Shown one piece after another: positions 19,435-30,100 of a stretch of DNA of 64,000 bases. The translations under genes and the position numbers were made by a program. Origin of the DNA: an uncultured Anaerolineaceae bacterium. GTDB taxonomy: Bacteria > Chloroflexota > Anaerolineae > Anaerolineales > Anaerolineaceae. The DNA is taken from positions 23,504 to 87,503 of the forward strand of contig CALGID010000001.1 of the NCBI GenBank assembly GCA_937915675.1. Direction: 5' to 3'. Within the stretch, counting starts at the first letter, position 1; the number at the start of each line of letters is the position of its first letter. The notes under the pieces were generated by a model, which had not been told where the DNA came from, did not search any database, and saw only the letters and a list, made by a program, of their open reading frames with translations.

Positions 19435-19740
19435 CTATTTGGCGAATTTTTTATCCAGTCCTTCGGCGATGATCTTTTCTTTGATCTCAGCGGCAGACAT
19501 CACGTTCCGTAAACCGATCACGTGCACGCCCTTTTTGATAGCGCCTTCAAACATGTTCAAAAAGGTGTTGGGCACAAAAACCATCTCGAATTGCGTGGCG
19601 ATGCTCTTCGCCTCCGATATGGGTGAATGCGTGACCTTGGTCACGTTCATATTCAATTCTTTCACTACCTTTTCAACAGCCATCTTCATCAGGAGGCTGG
19701 AACCCGCGCCGTTAGCGCATGCTGCCAATATTGTTGCCAT
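19435..19740 (-). CDS. PTS EIIB component, ascorbate (UlaB/SgaB) family
   Basis: 101 aa. N-terminal MATILAACANGAGSSLLMK with an active-site Cys in the typical position. Adjacent to a UlaA-like EIIC gene. Confidence 0.8.
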   Translation of the reverse strand: MATILAACANGAGSSLLMKMAVEKVVKELNMNVTKVTHSPISEAKSIATQFEMVFVPNTFLNMFEGAIKKGVHVIGLRNVMSAAEIKEKIIAEGLDKKFAK

Positions 19741-19870
19741 TGTCTTCCTTTCTTTGCCTTACGGTTTGCACTATTATACCAACAGGGGCGCTCGTGCAAG
19801 GGCGCCCCTGTTTGATTTTCCTTAGAATGTACAAGTGGCCAGCCTAATTAAACCTGGCCTTTCAGTCTAA

Positions 19871-21370
19871 TTAATCGTCGCCAGCAGCGGCGTGCTGCGC
19901 GGCTTCTTTTTCGGCCTTCTTAGCCTTGTAGGCTTCGTAGTCCTCGGTGACCAGGAAGTAGGTATCCGGGTTGGCGCGGTACTGCAGCTGCGGGATAACC
20001 AGCAGAGCAACAGCGATGAGGGCAACACCAGCGAAGCTGAGGTATTTCATCACGGCCGTGAACACGGGCCAGAGCACAGCCCAGTCCCACATGCCCAGGT
20101 AACCGCCGTAGGCAGCCATGCCCACCCAGCTGGCGATAAATGCCGAGCCAAATACCTGACACAGACCGGCAACAAAGGGCCAGAGCATGGCCGCTTTAAT
20201 ACCGCCCTTATTGTTGGCGAACACACCAATGGTGGCATTATCGAAGAACACAGGCACAAAGCCCGCGATCACAACTACCGGGCTGCGCAGCGCGATGAGG
20301 GCTGCGATGGCCAGGAACTGACCCAGGGCGCCGAAGAGGAAGCCGATGGTGACCGCGTTGGGGGAACCGAAACCGTAGGAGACGGCACAGTCCACACCGG
20401 GAACGGCACCGGGCAGCAGGCGTTCCTGAATACCATGGAACGAAGCGGAGAGTTCGGCAACGAATGTGCGCACACCCAGCTGCAGGATGGCCAGATACAC
20501 GGCAAAGTTCAGCGAGGTGGTCAGCACGTAGAACAGGAAGCTCTTATCAGCGGCCAGGAATTTCTGCTCCACCAGATAGGGCTTGCCCAGGATAACCAGG
20601 ATGGTGCCGAAGAAAATCGTCATCAGAATGGAAGTGGCAACCATGTTCTCGTTGAAGATGGAAAGCCAGCCAGGCAGGTTGAGGTCTTCCAGGCGTTTGC
20701 TCTTGCCCTGTCCGCTCTTATTCATCTTTTCAGAGAGCCAGGAGAAGAGGCGCAGGCCGAACATCTGCTGGTGGGCGATGGCAAATCCGGCGCCGTCAGT
20801 AAGGTCCTGCGTGGGCTCAACGGTAAGGTTGGAACCCACAGCCCAGTAAAGGCCGAGGATCAAGCCCATGATCAGCAGAATGGAGGTGTCGCCCAGGTTG
20901 GGGAAGGCAAACAGGATCAGCCAGAAAGCGGTTGAGGCCTGCTGCACCTGAACGTGACCGGTGGTGAAAATGGAGCGCAGTTTGGTAACTTTGCGCAAGG
21001 CCACCAGAACGATGTTAAAGATGAAGGCAATCAGCACCAGGATCATCACCTGACCAAAGGTGCGGCCGAACACTTCTTCAACGCCAGCGGTGACCGCGTT
21101 TTGGCCAAAGTACGGGTCGATGACCATGGCGTCCAGATTGAAGCGGTCCTTGAGGCCCACAAGAATGGGGCGGAAGTTGTTGACCAAACCGCCGGAACCA
21201 ACACCCAGGATAAGGTAACCAACGATGGCTTTAATTACCCCGGCAAGCACTTCGTGCCAGGGTTTTCTGAGCAAAACGTAACCAAGCAGTACCAACAAAC
21301 CAATAAAGTATGCCGGCTGAGTAAGAATGTTATTGACAATAAGTGCCCAAGCAGATTGAAGGAATTGCAT
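19871..21370 (-). CDS. PTS EIIC component, ascorbate (UlaA/SgaT) family
   Basis: 499-aa polytopic membrane protein. The N-terminus NNILTQPAYFIGLLVLLGYVLLRK resembles UlaA. AGGAG Shine-Dalgarno upstream. Confidence 0.8.
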   Translation of the reverse strand: MQFLQSAWALIVNNILTQPAYFIGLLVLLGYVLLRKPWHEVLAGVIKAIVGYLILGVGSGGLVNNFRPILVGLKDRFNLDAMVIDPYFGQNAVTAGVEEVFGRTFGQVMILVLIAFIFNIVLVALRKVTKLRSIFTTGHVQVQQASTAFWLILFAFPNLGDTSILLIMGLILGLYWAVGSNLTVEPTQDLTDGAGFAIAHQQMFGLRLFSWLSEKMNKSGQGKSKRLEDLNLPGWLSIFNENMVATSILMTIFFGTILVILGKPYLVEQKFLAADKSFLFYVLTTSLNFAVYLAILQLGVRTFVAELSASFHGIQERLLPGAVPGVDCAVSYGFGSPNAVTIGFLFGALGQFLAIAALIALRSPVVVIAGFVPVFFDNATIGVFANNKGGIKAAMLWPFVAGLCQVFGSAFIASWVGMAAYGGYLGMWDWAVLWPVFTAVMKYLSFAGVALIAVALLVIPQLQYRANPDTYFLVTEDYEAYKAKKAEKEAAQHAAAGDD

Positions 21371-22006
21371 TTTTTACTCCTGTATGAACCCGAAATAAGT
21401 GAAATAACTGGGAATAGGACTGCGGATTATGCTATCTGGATACTGCCTCCTTTTCTAAAAGTCTTTTTTCGCGGCATTCCGCGCGATCAGCGAAACTAAT
21501 AACCAAATCTTAAACTAGGTTTAATTATAGAAATACCGTCCAATTTGGGCAACAAATTTTGAAAATAATGCACATAAGTGCGCTTAATTCATCTCATCTT
21601 GCCCTGTTTGTCCAATTCTGCAGGTTCTGTGCCAGAAATAAACGCAAATTCGTGCTAATTACGAACTATTTATATCACATTGGATAGTAATATTTCTTTG
21701 TCATTATACCTTGTCAATTTTCAGATTCCTAAACTATAATCTTCAAACTTACTTGATAAGTTCTATACACTATCTTTACTAAATACTAATAAGCAGGATC
21801 ATGGATAGAGACAGTCAGTCTTCCAGACCACGCAACCCCATTTACCTTAGTCCAGCACAGCCCATTTAGGCTGCATATATAACCAAGCGAACTCACCATC
21901 GCAAGAGAGTCAGGTATCAGATGGTCGAATTATCAGTACCCACCAGAACAATCAAGGCCAAACATTTTTTATTATTGATTCTGCAAACTAGCCCGGGAAA
22001 AAACTC

Positions 22007-25000
22007 ATGAAAAAATTATCTGCATTGATCGTAAGTTTGCTCATCTTCTCCATGCTCTTTGGTTCGGTAAGCGCGGCCACCCTGCCGCCCGGGCCTCAGG
22101 GTATGGAAGGAAGAGGCAGCCTGGAAGTTAATAAGTTCCAAGCTGCAGAGGTAGAACAGCTTGACTTTGCGTCTGAAACGGGACGCTACATCGTCACCTT
22201 CGAACAGCCCCCTGTGGCTGCTTCGCAAGTGTGGCAGGGCAAAATTGACCCCCATGCTGAACAGACCGAGCGGTCCCACGCTTATCAAAACGAGCTGGAC
22301 GCCGCTGCCGCACGTCTGGAGGCGTACCAGCGGGACAAGGTACAGGAAATGCGCTCCTACCTTAATAAAGGTGAGCTCAATGCCTTCTACCACTACACCT
22401 ATGTGCTCAATGGTGTCTCGGTGGCACTCTCCTCCCAGGAAGCCTTGCGTGTGATGCGCATGCCCGGTGTAAAAGCGGTGTACCCGGTCACCCTGGAACA
22501 GCCGCTCACCGATGCCGGTCCGCAGTGGGTTGGGGCTGGCGGCATTTGGGATGACACCATGGCGCCAGACAATCTTGGCACCAAGGGCGAAGGGGTTTTG
22601 GTTGGCATCCTGGACACGGGTATCAACTTCGACCATCCCTCCTTTAGCGATCAGCCTGCGGATGGCTTCCAGTACTTCTGGCCTGGCTCCTATAGAGGTG
22701 TGTGCAACGCCTACGATCCCCAGGCCGCGGCTAATCCGGGCTATACCGCTATGTGCAACAACAAACTCGTAGGCGCCTTTTCCTATACCAAGGAAACGCT
22801 GAGCCCCGAAGATGCCGACGGCCATGGCACGCATACTGCCAGCACCGTTGCCGGCAACGCCGTGGAAGTTGAGGTCAAGGGCGTTACCACTACCATGAGC
22901 GGCGTTGCTCCGCATGCCCAGGTTATCGCCTTCGATGTATGCGATGCCACCGGCTGCTGGGGTGATGCCTCCGTCAAGGCCGTGAACGATGCCTTGCGCG
23001 AGGGCGTGGACGCCTTGAACTACTCCATTTCGGGCGGCAAGTCTCCTTACGGTGACGCTGTTGAGCAGGCCTTTCTGGAGGCTACCGCGGCCGGTGTGTT
23101 TGTGGCTGCCTCAGGTGGCAACCTACGCACTGAGCCCACGGTTGATGGCAATGTGAACCATGTGAGCCCCTGGGTGATGACCGTGGCGGCCTCGAGCCAT
23201 AACCGTAAATTCTCACCCGCCTTCTCCGTAACCAGCCCCGCTGGCTCGCCCTGGGCGAATATGGTGCTCATCCCGAGCAGCAGCCCCCAGCCCTGGGTCC
23301 CAACACCCGACATCGAAATTGTTTGGGGCGGTGATTACCAACTCAGTGCCGCAACCGATAACCGGGATGGCTGCGCGGCTTTCCCGGCCGCATTCTTTGC
23401 CGGCAAGGTGGCGGCGCTCAACCGCGGCGTTTGCAGTTTCGCCATTAAAGTGACTAACGCGGTCAACGCCGGCGCTGTTGGCGTGATCGGCCTGGCAGAT
23501 AACCGGCCTCCCATCTCCTGGGGCGGCCTCGATGAAGATTCCGCAACTGCGATTCTTTCCCCTATTCCGGTGGGAACCCTGTATTACACCGTGGATGAAA
23601 CTCGCGCCTTCGAAGCCTTCCTTACAGCTAACAAGCCCGTTCGGATGAGCATCAGCGATAACCAGCGCCTGGTGAACGATGTCTGGGGTGATATCAAAGC
23701 CGATTTCTCCTTCAGAGGGCCCAGCGCGAACAATCTGCCGGTGATCAAGCCGGATATCACCGCCCCTGGCCTGGAAATTCTGGCCGCTTATAAAGATGGT
23801 GATACCGCGGCAAACGGCTCAGCCGAAGTAGACCTCCTGCAGGGCACCTCCATGTCTTCGCCGCATGTTGCTGGTTTGGGAGCCTTGATGAAGGCCTTGC
23901 ATCCCAGCTGGAGCGTCTCGGAGATCAAGAGCGCCCTGATGATGACGGCGATCACCGATAACCTCAAAAAGACCGACATGGTCACCCCGGCCGACCCCTT
24001 CGACTACGGTTCCGGCCGGGCCTGGATCAGCGGTGCCGCGAATGCCGGCATGGTCCTCAGCGAATCGGTAGCCAATTACAAAGCTGCCGACCCAAGCAAT
24101 GGCGGCGACCCGCGTACCCTCAACCTGGCATCCATGCAGGAAAATCTCTGCCTGGGCTCCTGTTCATGGACGCGCACCTTTAAATCCGTGGCGGATGAAC
24201 CTGTGCAATATGTGGTTGAAGCCCCTGCCTGGGTCACGGTAAGTCCGGCAAACTTCATCATCCAACCCGGAGCCAGCCAAACCGTGACGATCACGGCAAA
24301 TGCCCTGGACTTCGAGGCAGGCACCTGGCAATATGCCTATGTCTTCTTTAAGGTTGTTCCGCCAGTAAAACCTGCCCTGCCTTTCAAGTTCTTTTTGCCC
24401 TTCGTCTCAACTGACCCCGAGGAAACGCCTCCGCCGCTTCCCAAAACACCGCCAGCATATAGCGACCTGCACCTCAGCCTCGCGATCATGCCCACAACCA
24501 GCACGCTCACGGATAAGATGGTCTTCGAGACACATCGCGATGCCGATACAGGCCTCATCCCCAATGTGCAGGCCATGGCCATCACGGATCTCACTGTGGA
24601 CAGATTCGGCTGGGTAAAGGGCACCAAGCACACCATTGATCTGGCAAAGGATGCCACCCGGGACGAAGTCTTTGACGATGTAAGTCAGACCTACTACGAG
24701 GTCCTGCCAACCCAGGGAATAGACTACATGCGCTACGTGGTCGAGATCACCAGTACCACAGCCTCGGACCTGGACCTTTTCTGGGGCTACGATATTAATG
24801 GTAACGGCCTGCCTGAGGAATCGGAAGCCTGGGGCATGTCTGCCACGCCTTCTGCCCTGGAATACATCAGCGAAATCATGCCCTATCCGAATTTCGACCT
24901 CTGGTTCCTGATCCAGAACTGGGGAGGTTCCGCTGCACCCACCGACCAGATCACTTTCAGTTATGCTGTGGTTCCCTTTGGGCCCGACCCCGGCAATATG

Positions 25001-26830
25001 ACCGTGAATGCCGAAGTGAATGGCGCACCCACCGCCAGTATCCCGGCAGGCCAACCCTTTGACCTGCGTGTGGGCTGGGACGTGCCCACCGAACCGGAAG
25101 ACCGCCTGTATGGTCTGATCAATGTCTTCACTGACCCCACTTACGCAACCAATCTGGGTTACACCGTACTGGACGTACGCGTTGGCGCCGATGATGTGGT
25201 GAAAACCGCCTCGCCTACTCTGGCCGGCCCTGGCGACACGGTAACTTTCAACCTCAACATCACCAATTACTATCCCACCGAGATGGCCTATACCTTAAGC
25301 GACCCCATCCCGGCAGGAATGACCTATGTTGACGGCTCAGCCACTGGCGGTGCTGTTTATGACCCCGTCGCCAATGCGGTGACTTGGGCGGGAACGATCA
25401 GTGGGCCGGTGACCCCGCATTACGAGATGACCACCTCGGATGATGACCCGGATTGCACGGGCTGGTATTTGGATTTGGCGGTCCTCGGTATTAAAGCCAA
25501 CCCTAACATTTCAGGCGATGAGGGTCTCTGGGCGCCTGCAGCCGGTGATATTCCCTTCAACTTCTTTGGCCGTGATTATCCTGCGGTAGGCTTCACGGAT
25601 GATGCCATGCTGGTCTACGATTACCGGACGAACTGGGTGCCCGCGGAGAGCATTGCCCCCACCAACCTGCCCAACCCGGCCTTGCCCAATAATTTCATGT
25701 CCCCGCTCTGGCAGGACATGGAGGTTGTTTATGATGCTGCTGCGAATAAAGGTGTCACTATTGCAACATCTGGTAAACCTCCTGTGACACATATAATCGA
25801 ATATGACGACGTGCAGGTGAAGGGCAACCCTGCCCAAACTTACGACCTGCAGATCTGGCTGGAACACCAACCCGATAAAACAAGCTATCCAGAGATCGTC
25901 TTTGCTTACAACAACATCACCGGGCCAACCACGGCAGCCAAAATTGGCGTGGAAGACCCCGATGGCGCAACGGCAACGGTGTTCTCAAATGGTGGGGCAA
26001 CGATCCGTAACGGCTTCAACATCTGCTTCGACTGGTTTGCGCCTAGCTCTTCGGAGACGATCAGTTTCAAGGCCACGGTTGATGCCGGCGCGAGCTTCCC
26101 GCTGACCAATACCGTGAACCACGATAATGAGCATCCTGGCACCCGTCTGGAAGCTGCCGCGGTCACTCTGGAACGCGACCCCGCGAACGTGGATGTGACC
26201 GACGAAGCTACTCTGCGCGCTGCCCTGGCCAACCCGGATGTCACAACCATCAACGTCAAAAACGATTTTCCAGTGGCTAGCAGTGTCGTTCTGGACCGTC
26301 CCCTCACGTTCAATGGCGGTGGGTTTACCCTCAGCTTTAGCGATGGGCCCGGTAGCCGCGTGATCATCACCGCTGAGTCGGTGGTCAATGACCTCAAAGT
26401 CAACGCCGGCCTAACCAATCCAGCCGCCTGGAACAGCGCCTACGGCATCCAGGTGTATAACACCAAAGCCACCCTCAATAACCTGAGCGCCTCAGGCGGA
26501 AACGCCGGCCTGATGGTCAATAGTTCAGATGTAACCCTCAAAGGTACAATCACGCTTTCCGGAAACGGCTTTGGCGGGATGGAAGTTTCGCAGAGCCCAA
26601 CGCTGGCCCCAGCCCGCAAGCCCAGCTTGACTGGTGCGAATGTGACCTTCGTCAACGCGGATGATGCATCGCTCAAGCCCACGATCTGGGTGGATAAATA
26701 CGCCGCGGACTTTGGCAGCCTCACACCGGTGGCACTGACCGGTGGAACGCAATTCACCCAGACAACGCTCACCACAGCAGCTGATGGCAAGGACCAGCTG
26801 CAATACAATATTGTGGTCCCAGTACCTTAA
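22007..26830 (+). CDS. Giant secreted subtilisin-like serine protease (S8) with a PA domain, a DUF11-like repeat and a C-terminal beta-helix-like region
   Basis: Signal peptide MKKLSALIVSLLIFSMLFGSVSA. Catalytic triad contexts VGILDTGI, DGHGTHTAST, GTSMSSPHVAG. PA insert FAGKVAALNRGVCSFAIKV. DUF11-like TVTFNLNITNYYP...SDPIPAGMTYVDGS. Confidence 0.9.
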   Translation: MKKLSALIVSLLIFSMLFGSVSAATLPPGPQGMEGRGSLEVNKFQAAEVEQLDFASETGRYIVTFEQPPVAASQVWQGKIDPHAEQTERSHAYQNELDAAAARLEAYQRDKVQEMRSYLNKGELNAFYHYTYVLNGVSVALSSQEALRVMRMPGVKAVYPVTLEQPLTDAGPQWVGAGGIWDDTMAPDNLGTKGEGVLVGILDTGINFDHPSFSDQPADGFQYFWPGSYRGVCNAYDPQAAANPGYTAMCNNKLVGAFSYTKETLSPEDADGHGTHTASTVAGNAVEVEVKGVTTTMSGVAPHAQVIAFDVCDATGCWGDASVKAVNDALREGVDALNYSISGGKSPYGDAVEQAFLEATAAGVFVAASGGNLRTEPTVDGNVNHVSPWVMTVAASSHNRKFSPAFSVTSPAGSPWANMVLIPSSSPQPWVPTPDIEIVWGGDYQLSAATDNRDGCAAFPAAFFAGKVAALNRGVCSFAIKVTNAVNAGAVGVIGLADNRPPISWGGLDEDSATAILSPIPVGTLYYTVDETRAFEAFLTANKPVRMSISDNQRLVNDVWGDIKADFSFRGPSANNLPVIKPDITAPGLEILAAYKDGDTAANGSAEVDLLQGTSMSSPHVAGLGALMKALHPSWSVSEIKSALMMTAITDNLKKTDMVTPADPFDYGSGRAWISGAANAGMVLSESVANYKAADPSNGGDPRTLNLASMQENLCLGSCSWTRTFKSVADEPVQYVVEAPAWVTVSPANFIIQPGASQTVTITANALDFEAGTWQYAYVFFKVVPPVKPALPFKFFLPFVSTDPEETPPPLPKTPPAYSDLHLSLAIMPTTSTLTDKMVFETHRDADTGLIPNVQAMAITDLTVDRFGWVKGTKHTIDLAKDATRDEVFDDVSQTYYEVLPTQGIDYMRYVVEITSTTASDLDLFWGYDINGNGLPEESEAWGMSATPSALEYISEIMPYPNFDLWFLIQNWGGSAAPTDQITFSYAVVPFGPDPGNMTVNAEVNGAPTASIPAGQPFDLRVGWDVPTEPEDRLYGLINVFTDPTYATNLGYTVLDVRVGADDVVKTASPTLAGPGDTVTFNLNITNYYPTEMAYTLSDPIPAGMTYVDGSATGGAVYDPVANAVTWAGTISGPVTPHYEMTTSDDDPDCTGWYLDLAVLGIKANPNISGDEGLWAPAAGDIPFNFFGRDYPAVGFTDDAMLVYDYRTNWVPAESIAPTNLPNPALPNNFMSPLWQDMEVVYDAAANKGVTIATSGKPPVTHIIEYDDVQVKGNPAQTYDLQIWLEHQPDKTSYPEIVFAYNNITGPTTAAKIGVEDPDGATATVFSNGGATIRNGFNICFDWFAPSSSETISFKATVDAGASFPLTNTVNHDNEHPGTRLEAAAVTLERDPANVDVTDEATLRAALANPDVTTINVKNDFPVASSVVLDRPLTFNGGGFTLSFSDGPGSRVIITAESVVNDLKVNAGLTNPAAWNSAYGIQVYNTKATLNNLSASGGNAGLMVNSSDVTLKGTITLSGNGFGGMEVSQSPTLAPARKPSLTGANVTFVNADDASLKPTIWVDKYAADFGSLTPVALTGGTQFTQTTLTTAADGKDQLQYNIVVPVP

Positions 26831-26849
26831 ACCAAATTCTTCGACTGAT

Positions 26850-26880
26850 AGAGCGGGCTTGTAAGGCCCGCTCTTCCTTT
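26850..26880 (+). terminator. Rho-independent terminator candidate
   Basis: AGAGCGGGC-TTGTAAG-GCCCGCTCT followed by TCCTTT, 20 nt after the protease stop. Confidence 0.6.
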
Positions 26881-27111
26881 AATAACCCGGATCTGGCGGC
26901 TGCCTGCCAGCCCTAACCACTCGCTGGGGGTACCTCCCAGCGCAACTCTAACTTCCTGATAAACACTTGCCCAAGAAAATAATGCGGATTTATAATTTAC
27001 AAGGCCTTGGACGCCATTTTGATTTCCTCACACCTAACCAGTTCTGATTAATCTGTAATTTGCTCGACGCAGGGGATAATTTTAAAGGTTAACTTAACAG
27101 AGGAGCACGAA

Positions 27112-30100
27112 ATGAAATTTTTTAAACTACTGGCCTTCATCTTGATCATCGCAATGCTCACAAGCCCGGTTGCGGCACAAAGTTCCTTCCCGCCAGCTGA
27201 GGATCTTCCCCCAAAAGAACTCCCCATCAGGCCTGTTCCAGAAGAGTTCAAGGCGGCCTTTAGGGAGGGTATGTCCATCGAGGAGTTTATCCAAAACTTT
27301 AAGGGGCCCATCCCGCGGGCGCTCTGGCCCTATACGGACCTGCCTCTCACCGTCATCGTTGAGCTGGATGACGAACCCCTAGTTCCTCGCCTCAAAGCCC
27401 TCGCGGCAGAATGCGAAGACCTGGCCGATGTGCAGAAGCGCCACCCGGAGCTGACGAACGCGGTTAAGCTCCAGCAAGATCTGCTCCTGGACCGTATCGC
27501 GCGCACAAACACCAGCTTCGCCCGGATGGTCCACGAGGCCGACTTCTCGCGTTACTCACTTGTGCTCAATGGCTACCGCATGTCTGTTCCCGCCAGCCAG
27601 ATTGCTAGTCTGGAGAAGGTTCCCGGTGTGAAACGCGTCAGCATCGCCCGGGAATACCTGCCAAACCTGGCTTATAGCGTCCCATTGATCAAAGCCGACC
27701 AGGTGTGGTCCATGATCGATGGCACAACCGGATATACCGGAAAAGGGGTCACCGTTGCGGTCATCGATACCGGCATCGATTACACCCACATGATGTTTGG
27801 TACAACCGGGAATCCAGCCCTCTATGCCAACAACGACCCGACCGTGATCGAGAACGGGTCCTTCCCAACCTTCAAAGTGGTGGGTGGGATTGACCTGGCC
27901 GGCACAAATTACAATGCGTCCAACCGCACCGATCCGGCTGTCTATACCCCAATGCCAGACCCAGACCCACTGGATGAGAACGGCCATGGCACGCATGTGG
28001 CCTCCACTGTGGCGGGCCTGAATGCTGGCTGGGGAACCGGCGTTGCCCCGGACGTAGAGCTGGTGGCAATCAAGATCTTTGGGGCAAACGGCTCCACGAA
28101 CCTGGTGATCGATGGCATCGAACGGGCAATGGACCCCAACGCCGACGGTTTTATCAACGATAAGGTGGATATTGCCAACCTCAGCGTTGGATCGGCCTGG
28201 GGTGTGGCCGACCCGGACGATCCTGAAATGCAGGCGGTTGAAAATGCCAGCGCTGCAGGCGTGTTCATGGCCATCAGCGCCGGCAACGAAGGGGATAACT
28301 CTTATATCGCTGGCGCCCCAAGCGTTTCGGATTCAGGTATATCCGTGGCCTCCACGGCTACAGGTCAATCTGCATTACCTTGGGTGAGCTTTAATAGCCC
28401 CACGGGCGACACGCTAAAAGTACACTACATGCCCACTGCTAACACCATTAGTAACCGCGTAGGCGGAGACCTGGTTTATGCCGGGACCGTTGTGACGGAT
28501 GGGAATGCCAGGCTGTGTGATGCTGGTAAATTGACCAGCCCCGATGCCTTCCAGGGCAAGGTGGCTTTGATCCTGCGCGGGACATGCACCTTCGAGACCA
28601 AGTTGAACAATGCCCAAGCGGCAGGAGCGATCTTTGCCCTGGTCTTCGACGCTGCATCCAAGGACCGGATGACCATGGCGGTTGGAGATGCAACGTTGCC
28701 AGCCGGTTTCATAACCGCGACCGAAGCCGGATTGTTAAGGAGCTTGGCGCCGGTGCCAGTGCTGGTGGGTACCCCGGGAGATGCGGAATACATCGCAACA
28801 GAAGCTGCTGTTAATACCATCAGCGACTTCTCCTCAAGGGGACCGCGCGGTTATGATTCGAAGCTCAAGCCCGAAATCAGCGCCCCCGGCGGCGGTATCT
28901 TTGCCGCCATGATGGGCAGCGGGAATAAGGGCGTGACCATGAGCGGCACTTCGATGGCAGCCCCGCACGTGGCAGGTGTGGCAGCGCTGGTCAAGGAAGC
29001 ACACCCCAACTGGACCGTAGAGCAGATCAAGGCGGCCTTGATGAACACAGCCGCACCTTTTACAGCTGAACCAGTGGATATTGCCCGTCAGGGCGCGGGG
29101 CATGTGGACGCTTTTGCGGCTGTGTCAACAGACGTGGTAGCGATCGGTGACCCCAAGTTGGTTTCACTAAGTTGGGGACTGGTGGAGATGGGGCCTGGCA
29201 TGTTCGAATCAACAAAACAGATCCACCTACGCAATTTCGGTACGGCAGCGGCGACCTACGCAATAGGCTTCGAATTCAGCAGGAGTGATGCACCCGGCTT
29301 GGGCTTCAGTTTTGGTGTCGGCGATTTGGTTGTTCCGCCCAATGGCGGCATGACATCCAGAGACATTACATTGAGCATAGATCCGAGCCTGCTGCCGCCT
29401 TATAAATACTACGGCTATGGGCTTGAACAGGTTCTGCTGCCCAATGAGTTTTCTGGTTTTCTAACGCTTACCGAGAACACGACCGGGCAGGTGCTGCGCA
29501 TCCCCTGGATGGTGGTGGTGCGACCGTATGAGGTAGTGTCTTTGCTGCCAGATACGCCAGCCGCAGAAATTGATTACCGGGTCGACGGTGAGAAGATCGT
29601 AAACCGGGACCCGTATGCGGATAATTATGCTGGGGCCCTGGAAACCGCCACCGTCTACATGACCAGCCCGAACGACCCCATGTTCAAGGATGCTGCCGAG
29701 GTGCGGTATGTTGGTTTTGACTATTTGGAGTCAATCGGCATCAACGTTGTCAATTTTGCCATGTGGGGTCCGGTGCACAGCCCGCAGCCTTATTTTGATG
29801 AAATTGACCTGCTGGTGGATGTGGACCGGGACGGGGAGGTAGATTACACTTTCTTCAACTTTAATCTGCAGAACCTGGGTTACAGTGATGACGCCAACTT
29901 GTGGTGGCTGGCAGTTGTGGACGCCAAGGCGGGTACTGTTGACTATGCTGGTGATTGGGCAAATATCTACACCGATTTCAACAGCGGTTGGCAGCAATGG
30001 TTCCTGGAGCTGGACCTGTACGGCATTGATGACACAGCTACGGTCCTGGTAGCAAGTTTCGATGGCTTGGGCCAGGCCAAGGTGGTGGGCCAGGCCGATA

